A stretch of 64,000 bases of DNA. It comes from Candidatus Wildermuthbacteria bacterium. Its GTDB lineage: Bacteria; Patescibacteriota; Minisyncoccia; Minisyncoccales; UBA10102. Below are positions 51,330 through 60,764 of the stretch, one piece after another (the first letter of the stretch is position 1; the number at the start of each line of letters is the position of its first letter). The notes under the pieces are model-generated. The model had not been told where the DNA came from, did no database searches, and was given only the letters and a program-made list of their open reading frames with translations. The stretch is taken from contig JACQMR010000009.1 of NCBI GenBank assembly GCA_016203455.1, forward strand, positions 6,524 through 70,523. Direction: 5' to 3'. Position numbers and translations under genes: made by a program.

Positions 51330-51765
51330 GTTTTAGCGCCCTTTCTATTTCTCGCTTGGATTCGCGTTTTCTTATGGCGTCGCGTTTGTCGTACTGTTTT
51401 TTGCCGCGCGCCAGAGCGAATTCAAGTTTGATCTTGGCTTTTTTAGTATATACCTTAAGGGGCAATAAAGTCAATCCTTTTTCTTGTGTCTTGCCAATGA
51501 GATACCTGATCTCCCGTTTGTGAACAAGGAGTTTTCTGGTCCGGTCCGGAGCGTAATCTCCGGCGTTTTGGGGCTGATACGGGGGTATGATAGACCCCAA
51601 AAGAAACAGCTCTCCTCCTCTCAAGGCGATGTAAGCTCCGGCAAGTTGTATTCTGCCCTGGGAAACCGATTTTACTTCTTGCCCAAAAAGAACCAAGCCG
51701 GCTTCAAAGGTTTCAATAATTTCGTAGTTTTGACGCGCTTTTCTGTTTTCCGCGAGTACGCCCAT
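51322..51765 (-). CDS. smpB: SsrA-binding protein SmpB
   Basis: NRKARQNYEI...GLVL.G.EVKS pattern, 147 aa. Confidence 0.9.
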   Translation of the reverse strand: MGVLAENRKARQNYEIIETFEAGLVLFGQEVKSVSQGRIQLAGAYIALRGGELFLLGSIIPPYQPQNAGDYAPDRTRKLLVHKREIRYLIGKTQEKGLTLLPLKVYTKKAKIKLEFALARGKKQYDKRDAIRKRESKREIERALKRG

Positions 51766-51805
51766 GGTTTTATTCTACGGCAAAATACGCTACATTAAAA
51801 ACATC

Positions 51806-53563
51806 ATGATAGTGAAAGAATTGGAGAAACTTGTCCAGGCGGCCCTTTTTGCTCTTGCAAAGGAAGGCGTTTTGGATGCGGCACCCGTTGAGCATATTGC
51901 GTTTGAGCATCCGGAGGATAAAAAGCACGGCGATTATTCCGCGAATATCGCCTTGGTTTTGGGAGAAAAGATCGGGAAAAATCCGCGGGAACTTGCCGAA
52001 GGCATCGCGAGGGTTTTTCCGCCGGCGGAGTTTTTAGAAAGGGTTGAGGTGGCGGGCCCCGGTTTTTTGAACTTTTTTTTGTCGCGGGCGTATCTTGCAA
52101 ATGAGCTCGGCGAAATTCTTAAGAAAAAAGAAAAATACGGGAAGGGCGAATGTCGGGGGAAAGTTATTATTGAGTATTCCAGTCCCAATATCGCAAAACC
52201 GTTCGGGATAGGCCATTTGCGATCCACTATTATTGGTCAGGCGATATATAATCTGTACAAGTTTCTCGGGTACGCGTGCGTGGGTATCAATTACCCCGGC
52301 GATTGGGGGACTCCGCATGGCAAGATTCTCTACGAAGTTCATGAGGTTTTGCTCAAAGATAAATCCGCAGAGGAGAAAAAAGATATATTAGAGAATCTAT
52401 CAATAGAGGAATTGGAGCGCTTGTATGTTCAATTTCACAAAGATGCGGCAAGCAATCCTGCATTGGAGGAAGTCGCCCGAAACTGGTTTAAGAAACTGGA
52501 AGACGGAGATAAGGAGGCGCGCATGGTTTGGGAGTACACAAAGAGAGTGAGTTTTAGGGAGTTTGAACGCATATACCGCCTGTTGGATGTTTCAATAGAC
52601 CATACTATCGGAGAGAGTTTCTTTGAGGATAAAATGGATGAGGTAATTAGGGATTTTCAAAAGCGGGGCTTGGCGACAGAGAGCAGAGGCGCGCTTATCG
52701 TATCTTTTCCCAACGAAGAATTGTCGCCCGCGATGCTTTTGAAATCAGACGGCGCGACCACATATTTTACCAGAGATATGGCGAATATGAAGTACCGGCT
52801 GAAACGCTGGAAACCCTCTCTTGTCGTTATTGAAACCGGAGTGGAGCAGAATCTTCACTTTCAACAGGTGTTTCTTGCTTCCCGGCTTGTTGGATATGCG
52901 AAAGACGAGCAGTTCGCGCATGTCTATCACGGGCTGTATAGATCTAAAGAGGGAAAGTTCTCAACCAGGAAAGGAGAGACCATACATCTTGAAGATGTTT
53001 TGCATGACGCGAAAGCCCGGGCGAGAGAGATTTTGGATTCATCAGAGGCGAGTCGGGAATTTTCAGAAAACGAGAAACAGGAGATCGCCGGCGTGGTAGG
53101 CATTGGAGCGGTAAAGTACAACGATCTTTCCCAGCATCCAAGCGGAGACATTGTGTTTGACTGGGATAAGATGCTGAACCTGCGCGGGAATTCCGCCCCC
53201 TATCTCCAGTATACTTATGCTCGGTGCCAGAGCATCCTCCGCAAGTCAAACTTGGCCGGGCCAAGTTATTCACACCTTAACGGGGTTAAGGATGTGAATG
53301 AGGAGGAAATGGGGGTATTGAGGTTGCTGTATAGGTTTCCGGAGGTGGTTGAGGATGCCGCCCGCCGGTTTTCTCCAAATATGGTGTGTTCCTTCGCGTT
53401 TTCCGTGGCGCAGGCGTACAACCTTTTTTACAACACGCATAGGGTGCTGGAAGCGGAAACAAAGGAAATCGCGAATTTTCGCCTCGCTCTCACGAAAGCC
53501 ACCGCCCAGATTATTAAAAACTGTCTGTTCCTTTTGGGTATTCAAGCCCCGGAAAAGATGTAG
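51806..53563 (+). CDS. argS: Arginyl-tRNA synthetase
   Basis: SSPNIAKPFGIGHLRS (HIGH region) and a C-terminal DALR anticodon-binding domain. ATG 51806 lies within ORF 51764-53563. Confidence 0.9.
   Translation: MIVKELEKLVQAALFALAKEGVLDAAPVEHIAFEHPEDKKHGDYSANIALVLGEKIGKNPRELAEGIARVFPPAEFLERVEVAGPGFLNFFLSRAYLANELGEILKKKEKYGKGECRGKVIIEYSSPNIAKPFGIGHLRSTIIGQAIYNLYKFLGYACVGINYPGDWGTPHGKILYEVHEVLLKDKSAEEKKDILENLSIEELERLYVQFHKDAASNPALEEVARNWFKKLEDGDKEARMVWEYTKRVSFREFERIYRLLDVSIDHTIGESFFEDKMDEVIRDFQKRGLATESRGALIVSFPNEELSPAMLLKSDGATTYFTRDMANMKYRLKRWKPSLVVIETGVEQNLHFQQVFLASRLVGYAKDEQFAHVYHGLYRSKEGKFSTRKGETIHLEDVLHDAKARAREILDSSEASREFSENEKQEIAGVVGIGAVKYNDLSQHPSGDIVFDWDKMLNLRGNSAPYLQYTYARCQSILRKSNLAGPSYSHLNGVKDVNEEEMGVLRLLYRFPEVVEDAARRFSPNMVCSFAFSVAQAYNLFYNTHRVLEAETKEIANFRLALTKATAQIIKNCLFLLGIQAPEKM
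53250..53294. repeat. Second copy of the rsmA palindromic element, in-frame in argS
   Basis: Palindrome acttggccgggccaagt (53250-53266), then tattcaca, then ccttaacggggttaagg. The 24 nt cacaccttaacggggttaaggatg (53271-53294) are identical to rsmA 466-489. Confidence 0.85.
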
Positions 53564-53635
53564 GGGCGTATCATGAGCGCGGATTGAGTTCTTGACCGCT
53601 TTCTTTTTGGGCGAGGAAATGGTAAAAATAAAGAT

Positions 53636-56600
53636 ATGGACGCGAATTTTCCCAAGATAGAAGAGGAGATTTTAGAGAAGTGGAAGCAAGAGAAAACCTT
53701 TGAGAAGTCGGTCGCGAGGAGAAAGGGATCTCCCCGTTTTGTGTTTTACGAGGGCCCTCCAACGGCAAACGGGAAGCCCGGCATTCATCATGTGGCGTCC
53801 CGGTCGTTTAAGGATGTGGTTCTGCGCTATAAGACCATGGCCGGTTTTTTCGTTCCCAGACGCGCCGGGTGGGATACGCACGGTTTGCCTGTGGAGATCG
53901 CGGTGGAAAAAAAGCTCGGTTTAAAATCCAAGAAAGATATTGAGCGGTACGGCATAGAAAAATTCAATCAAGAATGTAAAAATTCGGTGTGGGAGTACCA
54001 AAAGGAATGGGAGGATGTAACTCGCAGAATAGGGTTTTGGGTGGACACAAAGAATTTTTATGCCACATATCAGACGCCGTTTATTGAAACCCTCTGGTTC
54101 ATCATTCAGACATGGTTTAAAAAAAAGCTTTTATACAAGGGGCATAAGGTGGTTCCGTGGTGCGCGCGGTGCGGGACCGCGCTGTCTTCGCATGAGCTGG
54201 CGCAAGGGTACAAAACTCTTGAAGATCAGTCGGTGTATGTGAAGTTTAAGGTAAAGCCCGGACAAAAAATCGGCAATGGTGTAGCAGACGACAGAACATA
54301 TATTTTGTCTTGGACCACAACCCCGTGGACATTGCCCGGGAATGTGGCGTTGGCGGTTGGAGAAAACATCGCATACATCAAGTATTGGAGAATAATTAAC
54401 GGCAAGAAAGAATCTTGCATTGTAGCGGAGGAACTCTATAAAAAAGAGCCGAACCCGTTTGTTCCCGAAGCGGAGTTCGCCGGAAATGATGTTCCGGCGC
54501 TCGGCGCGGATTCAGAGAGATTGATGGGCAAGGATCTTGTTGGCTTAGCATATGAGCCGCTTTTTGACATGAAAGCGCTTCAGAATGAGCGTTCTCACAA
54601 GGTGTACGCGGCTGATTTCGTGACCACAACAGACGGCACCGGAGTTGTGCATACGGCCGTTATGTACGGCGAAGATGATTACGCGTTAGGAAAGAAAGTT
54701 GGATTGCCGCAATTCCATACGGTTGACGAGCGGGGAAACTTTATCCAGGAAGTTCCGGGCGGGCTTGGAGGATTGTTCGTGAAAGCAAAAGAAACCGAGG
54801 ACAAAATTTTCAGCCACCTTGCGGAAAGCGGCGCTTTTTTTGCCGTTCAGCCGTATTCTCACGAATATCCGCATTGCTGGAGGTGTTCTACTCCTCTGAT
54901 GTATTACGCGAAAGATTCTTGGTTTGTTGATATGCAGAAGGTGAAAAAAGAACTGTTGGCAAACAACAAAAAGATCAATTGGATTCCCGGTCACCTCAAA
55001 GAGGGGAGAATGGGCGAGTGGTTGCGGGAAGTCAAAGATTGGGCGTTTTCGCGGGAAAGGTACTGGGGAACTCCTTTGCCTATTTGGGAATGCAAAGAAT
55101 GCAAACATCAAGAAGCATTGGGCTCTATAAAAGAATTGATCGCGAGACAAGTTCCAAACAATACCTATATTTTAATGAGGCATGGGCATTCAGGAAAGCA
55201 GGAAACCGATCTGATGAGCTGTTGGCCCGAGAAAAAGCCGTTTTCTCTTACCCCCGCTGGCAGGGCGCAGGCGGCAAAGACCGCAAAAGCATTGCGGAAA
55301 AAGAAGATTGATCTGATTGTTTCTTCCGATTTGCTCCGCACGAAAGAAACGGCAGAGATTCTGGCCAAAGCGACAGGTGCTCCCGTTCTGTTTGAGGAGC
55401 GGCTTCGCGAGGTGGACGCGGGGGAGTTAAACGGGAAGAGCGTTCTTTCCATAAGCAGGACCTGGGCGAGAAAAGAAGAAACGGAGACGGAGCATTATCT
55501 GCGCAGGTTTATTGATCCTTTGCCCGGAGGAGAAAATTGGATCCAGGTTCAGCGGAGAATGTATGAGGCGGTGCGCGATTTGGAGAAAAAGCACGCGGGC
55601 AAAACCATTGTTTTGGTTTCCCATGAAGCGCCTCTTACTTTGCTTGAAGGAACCCTGCGCGCGATGTCGCGCGAAGAAATTATTGAATTGAGAAAGAAAA
55701 AGGCCCTGGGGACGGGAGAAGCGCGCCAGACGCCGTTTGCCGATCTTCCGTATAATGCGGCTATGGAACTAGATTTGCACCGCCCTTTTATTGACCGGGT
55801 GGAGTTTCCGTGCGCGGCGTGCGAGAAGGGGCAGATGCAAAGAATTAAGGAGGTTGCCGATGTGTGGTTTGATTCCGGAGCCATGCCGTTCGCCCAGAAC
55901 CATTGGCCCTTCGCTCAAAATCCGAAAAAGCTACAAACTACAAACTACAAACTACAAGCTCCCCCGGACTTTCCCGCCGACTACATCGTGGAAGCGATTG
56001 ATCAAACCCGCGGCTGGTTCTATACTTTGCTCGCGGTTTCTACGCTTTTGGGCTTTGGGCCTCCGTACAAAAATGTTATATCTCTGGGCCATGTGCTGGA
56101 CGAGAAAGGAGAAAAGATGTCTAAATCCAAAGGGAATGTCGTAGATCCCCGGGACATGATTGAAAAATACGGCACCGATACCCTTCGCTGGTATTTTTTC
56201 ACGCTAAGCCATCCGGAAGATCCAAAACTGTTTTCGGAAAAAGATCTTATTCAGGTTTCCCGCAAGTTCATCTCAACTCTTTGGAACTCGTTTCTCTTTT
56301 ACGATACTTACGGGGCTTCGGTTTCCGTAAAAACTCCTCAACCCGATTCTCCGCTGGACTTTTGGATTTTGTCGCGGTTGCACGCGGTTATCGCGGCAAT
56401 GACAAAAACCATGAATTCTTACGACATTACCGGCTCTGCCAGGGTTTTGGAGGATTTTGTCATCAATGATTTGTCTCTGTGGCATATCCGCAGATCCAGG
56501 CCAAGATTTCAAAACCCCGCAACCAAAAAAGAGTTTGAAAGCGCGCGTTCCGTGCTGGGGTTTGTTTTGGCGCAGGTGAGCATACTGTCTGCCCCATTCA

Positions 56601-57205
56601 TTCCTTTTTTGAGCGAGCATATATATGGAAAGCTGGCAAAACAAAAAGAGAGCGTTCATTTGGAATCCTGGCCCAAGCCGGAAACTCGCTTTATGAAGCC
56701 CCTGTTAGACAAAGAGATGGCGCGGGCGCGGGAACTTGCGAGCAAGGGACTTGCATTGAGAGCTGTCGCCGGCATAAAGGTGCGCCAGCCGCTCGCGGCA
56801 TTAAAGATTAAAGATACACAAAAATTCAAAAAAGAGGTATTGGAAATTATACAAGACGAACTTAATGTGAAGCGGATTATCACGGATGCTTCGTTGCCGC
56901 GGGACGCGGAGTTGGATACCGTTATTACGCCTTCTTTGTTTGAGGAGGGCGTTGTGCGAGAGATCATAAGAAATGTGCAGGGGATGAGAAAGGATTCGGG
57001 GTATAAGCCCAAAGATAAGGCATGGCTGTATTACCGGTGCGCGGTTCCTTTGCAGGAGTTATTTTCGCGCAATGAGAAAAAAATTCGCGATGCGGGCGGC
57101 TTGACGGAGTTGCGCAAAGGAGATAGGCCAAAAGAGGTGTTTGATGTGGAGAAGACCATGTCTCTCTCAAGCGGAGAGTTATGGCTGGGAATGAAAAAAG
57201 TATAG
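53636..57205 (+). CDS. ileS: Isoleucyl-tRNA synthetase with an inserted histidine-phosphatase domain
   Basis: PTANGKPGIHHV (HIGH), WTTTPWTLPGN editing domain, KMSKSKGN. An extra ~200 aa with RHG...SSDLLRTKETA...VSHEAP lies between WECKEC and FPCAACEKG. Confidence 0.9.
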   Translation: MDANFPKIEEEILEKWKQEKTFEKSVARRKGSPRFVFYEGPPTANGKPGIHHVASRSFKDVVLRYKTMAGFFVPRRAGWDTHGLPVEIAVEKKLGLKSKKDIERYGIEKFNQECKNSVWEYQKEWEDVTRRIGFWVDTKNFYATYQTPFIETLWFIIQTWFKKKLLYKGHKVVPWCARCGTALSSHELAQGYKTLEDQSVYVKFKVKPGQKIGNGVADDRTYILSWTTTPWTLPGNVALAVGENIAYIKYWRIINGKKESCIVAEELYKKEPNPFVPEAEFAGNDVPALGADSERLMGKDLVGLAYEPLFDMKALQNERSHKVYAADFVTTTDGTGVVHTAVMYGEDDYALGKKVGLPQFHTVDERGNFIQEVPGGLGGLFVKAKETEDKIFSHLAESGAFFAVQPYSHEYPHCWRCSTPLMYYAKDSWFVDMQKVKKELLANNKKINWIPGHLKEGRMGEWLREVKDWAFSRERYWGTPLPIWECKECKHQEALGSIKELIARQVPNNTYILMRHGHSGKQETDLMSCWPEKKPFSLTPAGRAQAAKTAKALRKKKIDLIVSSDLLRTKETAEILAKATGAPVLFEERLREVDAGELNGKSVLSISRTWARKEETETEHYLRRFIDPLPGGENWIQVQRRMYEAVRDLEKKHAGKTIVLVSHEAPLTLLEGTLRAMSREEIIELRKKKALGTGEARQTPFADLPYNAAMELDLHRPFIDRVEFPCAACEKGQMQRIKEVADVWFDSGAMPFAQNHWPFAQNPKKLQTTNYKLQAPPDFPADYIVEAIDQTRGWFYTLLAVSTLLGFGPPYKNVISLGHVLDEKGEKMSKSKGNVVDPRDMIEKYGTDTLRWYFFTLSHPEDPKLFSEKDLIQVSRKFISTLWNSFLFYDTYGASVSVKTPQPDSPLDFWILSRLHAVIAAMTKTMNSYDITGSARVLEDFVINDLSLWHIRRSRPRFQNPATKKEFESARSVLGFVLAQVSILSAPFIPFLSEHIYGKLAKQKESVHLESWPKPETRFMKPLLDKEMARARELASKGLALRAVAGIKVRQPLAALKIKDTQKFKKEVLEIIQDELNVKRIITDASLPRDAELDTVITPSLFEEGVVREIIRNVQGMRKDSGYKPKDKAWLYYRCAVPLQELFSRNEKKIRDAGGLTELRKGDRPKEVFDVEKTMSLSSGELWLGMKKV
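55931..55958 (+). repeat. Heptamer tandem repeat (ctacaaa x4) in-frame in ileS
   Basis: ctacaaactacaaactacaaactacaag encodes LQTTNYKLQ. It lies in a loop that is about 10 aa shorter in other IleRS as recalled. Confidence 0.85.
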
Positions 57206-57207
57206 AG

Positions 57208-57663
57208 ATGGCTCTGCGCTACAAAACACAAGGAGTCATACTGCAGAGAAAAGATGTTGGCGAGGCGCACAGGGTGTTCACCGTATTTACAAAAGAATTT
57301 GGGAAGGTGCTTGTTTGGGCGGTATCGGAACGGAAGATAGGGTCAAAGCTTCGCGGGGGTTTGGAATTGTTTTCTCTTTCACATCTGGAATTCGTGGAGG
57401 GAAAAGAGCGCAGAGTTCTTGTTGAGGCGATTTGTTTGGAACAGCAGGTGTTTCTTAAGAATGATTTGCGGAAAATTCAGGCGGCGCAAGGCATGTGTGA
57501 ATTCCTGGATCGCCTCGTTGGCGAAGAGCAAGGAGACCTGGAGCTGTGGGATTTATTGAGATCTTCGTTCGCGGAGCTCAAAGACCACGGATCCCCCAAA
57601 GCCGTATATTCGCTGTTCGTATCCCGCGCTTTGGAGGCGGCGGGATACGGGGCGCGCAATTAA
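57208..57663 (+). CDS. recO: DNA repair protein RecO (short form)
   Basis: MALRYKTQGVILQRKDVGEAHRVFTVFTKEFGK OB-fold N-terminus, typical of RecO. Confidence 0.65.
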   Translation: MALRYKTQGVILQRKDVGEAHRVFTVFTKEFGKVLVWAVSERKIGSKLRGGLELFSLSHLEFVEGKERRVLVEAICLEQQVFLKNDLRKIQAAQGMCEFLDRLVGEEQGDLELWDLLRSSFAELKDHGSPKAVYSLFVSRALEAAGYGARN

Positions 57664-57674
57664 TATAGACGCAT

Positions 57675-59351
57675 ATGAAGAAACCGCGCATTGCCATTCC
57701 AAAGTTTTCATACATTATTGCCGGATCTCTTATGGCGCTTTTAGCGCTGGGGTTTTGGTTTTGGCAAAGAAACGACTATTCAAAAGATGTGTTGAAGCTT
57801 GAGATTTTAGCGCCCTCCCGGACGGTCATGGGAGAGGAGATTTCTTTTGTGGTGAAATACAAGAATAACGGGGAAATACGATTGGAAAAACCCACGCTTA
57901 TTTTTGAGTATCCTGCGGGGTCTTTGGTTCCGGAAGGGAAGTCCGAGCGTCAAACGCTTTCACTGGAGGACATTTATCCCGGGCAAGAGCAGAATATTGA
58001 ATTCCCCGCGCGGTTGTTTGGCAAAGAGGGCGATATTAAAGAAGCCCGCGTGCTTTTGCAGTATGCTCCAAAAAATCTGAACGCGCAGTTTGAGTCAGAG
58101 ACAACGGCGGCTGTTGTCCTTTCTTCCGTGCCGCTGAATTTTGAACTGGACATTCCTTCCAAAGTTGAGGCCGGCCAGCAGTTTGATTTTGCATTGAATT
58201 ATTTTTCAAATTCCGAATTTCCGCTTTCCGATCTGCGGATTCAGCTTGAGTATCCAGGAGGGTTTTCTTTTGCCAAAGCGGTCCCTTCTCCCATTGGGGA
58301 TAAAGAATGGAAAATAGGAGTGCTCAACAAGGCGGGCGGCGGGAGGATTGTTGTAACCGGGTCTTTGGACGGGCAGGTGGAAGAAGCCAAAATTTTTAAG
58401 GCCGTGCTTGGCATATGGAGAGACGGCAAGTTCACGGCCCTTAAAGAAGTCGCGCGCGGCCTGGAGATCACCCAGACGCGGCTTATCATTGCCCAGACGA
58501 TAAACGGGCTTCCTGATTACACGGCTTCTCCCGGAGAGATATTGCATTATGTTGTTTCATTCAAAAACGCAAGCGACAAGAATTTGGAGAATTTGTTTCT
58601 TATTGTTTCTTTGGAGGGGAGGCCGCTGGACATGGGAAGCGTGCGGACAACCGGCGGGATGTTTCAGAAAGGGGACAACTCTATTATCTGGGAGTCAAAG
58701 GATTCTTCGCGTTTGCGGTTCTTGGGCAAGGGCGAGGAAGGCCAGGTTGAGTTTTGGGTGGCGGTAAAAAATTCCTGGGAGGTGTTTAGTCCGCAGGATA
58801 AAGAATTTATCATACAAAATCGCGTCTTGTTGTCAGACGCACGGGCGGAATTTACTGCAAAAGTCAACTCTCAAGTGGCCATTGAGCAAGCGGTTTATTT
58901 TCAGGATGAGGTGTTTGGAAACCTTGGTCCTCTGCCTCCGCAGGCGGGCTTCCCCACCTCCTTTACGGTTTTATGGAAGGCAAAGAATTTTTCCAACGAC
59001 GCGGAAAACGCCAAGGTGAGAGCGGTTTTGCCGGAAGGCGTCTCTCTGACCGGCCGCATATTTCCGGAGGATTCGCATCTCACATACGACGAAGCGTCTC
59101 GGGAGGTACTCTGGAATATCGGGGATATTTCCGCGGGAACAGGGACATTCTCCGATGCTCTGGAGATTGCGTTCCAGATTCAGCTTGCCCCGTCTGTTTC
59201 CCAGCGCGGAGCCATTCTTCCTCTTATGGGAACGGCAGTTATTACGGGAGACGACCGCTTTACGGATCGGGAAATCTCTGGTAGTGATGGAGCGGTGGAT
59301 ACGCGGCTTCCCGACGACTCCTCAATCATTCAGAATGGGATTGTGCTCTAA
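57675..59351 (+). CDS. N-terminally anchored envelope protein with repeated beta-sandwich (DUF11/CARDB-like) modules
   Basis: An N-terminal TM, then at least three modules with the pattern G(E/Q)x(I/F)xFxxxYxNxxxxxLxxLxI.LEYP. Confidence 0.45.
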   Translation: MKKPRIAIPKFSYIIAGSLMALLALGFWFWQRNDYSKDVLKLEILAPSRTVMGEEISFVVKYKNNGEIRLEKPTLIFEYPAGSLVPEGKSERQTLSLEDIYPGQEQNIEFPARLFGKEGDIKEARVLLQYAPKNLNAQFESETTAAVVLSSVPLNFELDIPSKVEAGQQFDFALNYFSNSEFPLSDLRIQLEYPGGFSFAKAVPSPIGDKEWKIGVLNKAGGGRIVVTGSLDGQVEEAKIFKAVLGIWRDGKFTALKEVARGLEITQTRLIIAQTINGLPDYTASPGEILHYVVSFKNASDKNLENLFLIVSLEGRPLDMGSVRTTGGMFQKGDNSIIWESKDSSRLRFLGKGEEGQVEFWVAVKNSWEVFSPQDKEFIIQNRVLLSDARAEFTAKVNSQVAIEQAVYFQDEVFGNLGPLPPQAGFPTSFTVLWKAKNFSNDAENAKVRAVLPEGVSLTGRIFPEDSHLTYDEASREVLWNIGDISAGTGTFSDALEIAFQIQLAPSVSQRGAILPLMGTAVITGDDRFTDREISGSDGAVDTRLPDDSSIIQNGIVL

Positions 59352-59357
59352 AACACC

Positions 59358-60764
59358 ATGGAAGACCTTATGCAAAAAATTGTTTCTCTGGCAAAACGCC
59401 GCGGCTTTATTTTCCCGGGATCTGAAATCTACGGCGGACTCGCCAATTCTTTTGATTACGGGCCTCTTGGCGTTGAGTTAAAGAACAATATCAAGCAAGA
59501 GTGGTGGAAGCGGTTTGTGCATCAAAGAACCGATGTTGTTGGCATTGATGCCGCGCTTTTAATGAATCCGAAGGTGTGGTCAGCAAGCGGGCATATAAAG
59601 AATTTTTCAGATCCTCTTGTGGAGTGCAAAAAATGTCATACCAGATTTCGCGTTGAGGGCGAAATATCCAGCAAGAGCTTGCCTAAAGAGATATATGACC
59701 ACATAGAAACTAGTCATCCTCCAAAGGAAGGAATTCCGACGGTTTTGGGATTTGAGTCACTCAAACAGGATTTTACAGAAAAGAAAGCTTTTAATTTGAT
59801 GTTGAAGACATATCTAGGACCAGCCGAAGGGGACGCGAATGTTGTTTACTTCAGGCCTGAAACAGCCCAGGCAATGTTTGTGGATTTTAAAAATGTGCTT
59901 GACACGAGTCATCGCAAACTGCCTTTTGGCATTGCGCAGATTGGGAAAGCGTTTCGCAACGAGATTACTCCGGGAAACTTTATTTTTCGCATGCGTGAGT
60001 TTGAGCAAATGGAGATTGAGTATTTTATAGAAGAAAAAGATTGGGAAAAATACTTTGACCATTGGTTAGAACAAATGAAACAATGGCTGAAAGACCTTGG
60101 AGTTTCAGACACTAAACTTCATTATGTTGATATTCCTGACGGGGAAAGGGCGCATTATTCAAAGAGAACCGTGGATATAGAATATGACTATCCGTTTGGT
60201 CAAAAAGAGCTGTATGGATTGGCGTACAGGGGGGATTTTGATTTAAAAAATCATATGGAGGCAAGCGGTCAGGACTTGCGTTATCAAAATCTTGAAACAA
60301 AAGAAAAGTTTCTTCCTCATGTGATTGAGCCAACATGGGGCGTTGATCGTTCGGTGCTGGTCGCGCTTCTTGAAGCGTATGCGGAAGAAACGGTAGAGCA
60401 GAAAGAACGAACGACGGGAGAGGAAATTGAAGATACAACTCGCGTGGTGATGAAATTTCCAGCGTGGCTTGCCCCCGTGAAAGTTGCCGTATTGCCTCTT
60501 TCAAAAAAAGAAAATCTGATGGAGATTGCAAAAAAAATACACGCGGAACTTTCCAGACAATTTGTCGTTGAATATGATGAAACGCAAAGCATTGGAAAAC
60601 GCTACCGCAGACAAGACGAGATCGGCACGCCCATCGCCTTAACGGTTGACTTTCAAACGGTTCAAGATAATACGGTAACACTGCGCGATCGCGATACCAT
60701 GAAGCAGACGAGAATCGCGATAGATAAGCTGGCCGATGTCATCCAAGAAAAACTCCATGATTAA
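59358..60764 (+). CDS. glyQS: Glycyl-tRNA synthetase (alpha2 type)
   Basis: RRGFIFPGSEIYGG..., FRNEITPGNFIFRMREFEQMEIEYF (class II motif 2), and a C-terminal anticodon-binding domain. Confidence 0.9.
   Translation: MEDLMQKIVSLAKRRGFIFPGSEIYGGLANSFDYGPLGVELKNNIKQEWWKRFVHQRTDVVGIDAALLMNPKVWSASGHIKNFSDPLVECKKCHTRFRVEGEISSKSLPKEIYDHIETSHPPKEGIPTVLGFESLKQDFTEKKAFNLMLKTYLGPAEGDANVVYFRPETAQAMFVDFKNVLDTSHRKLPFGIAQIGKAFRNEITPGNFIFRMREFEQMEIEYFIEEKDWEKYFDHWLEQMKQWLKDLGVSDTKLHYVDIPDGERAHYSKRTVDIEYDYPFGQKELYGLAYRGDFDLKNHMEASGQDLRYQNLETKEKFLPHVIEPTWGVDRSVLVALLEAYAEETVEQKERTTGEEIEDTTRVVMKFPAWLAPVKVAVLPLSKKENLMEIAKKIHAELSRQFVVEYDETQSIGKRYRRQDEIGTPIALTVDFQTVQDNTVTLRDRDTMKQTRIAIDKLADVIQEKLHD

Noticed and set aside
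53271-53294. Treating the rsmA/argS shared 24-mer as a functional DnaA-binding site
   Set aside because: Only 8 of 9 positions match, in each case within coding sequence. This is recorded as an observation in the findings, but a replication role is not supported by anything else in the sequence.
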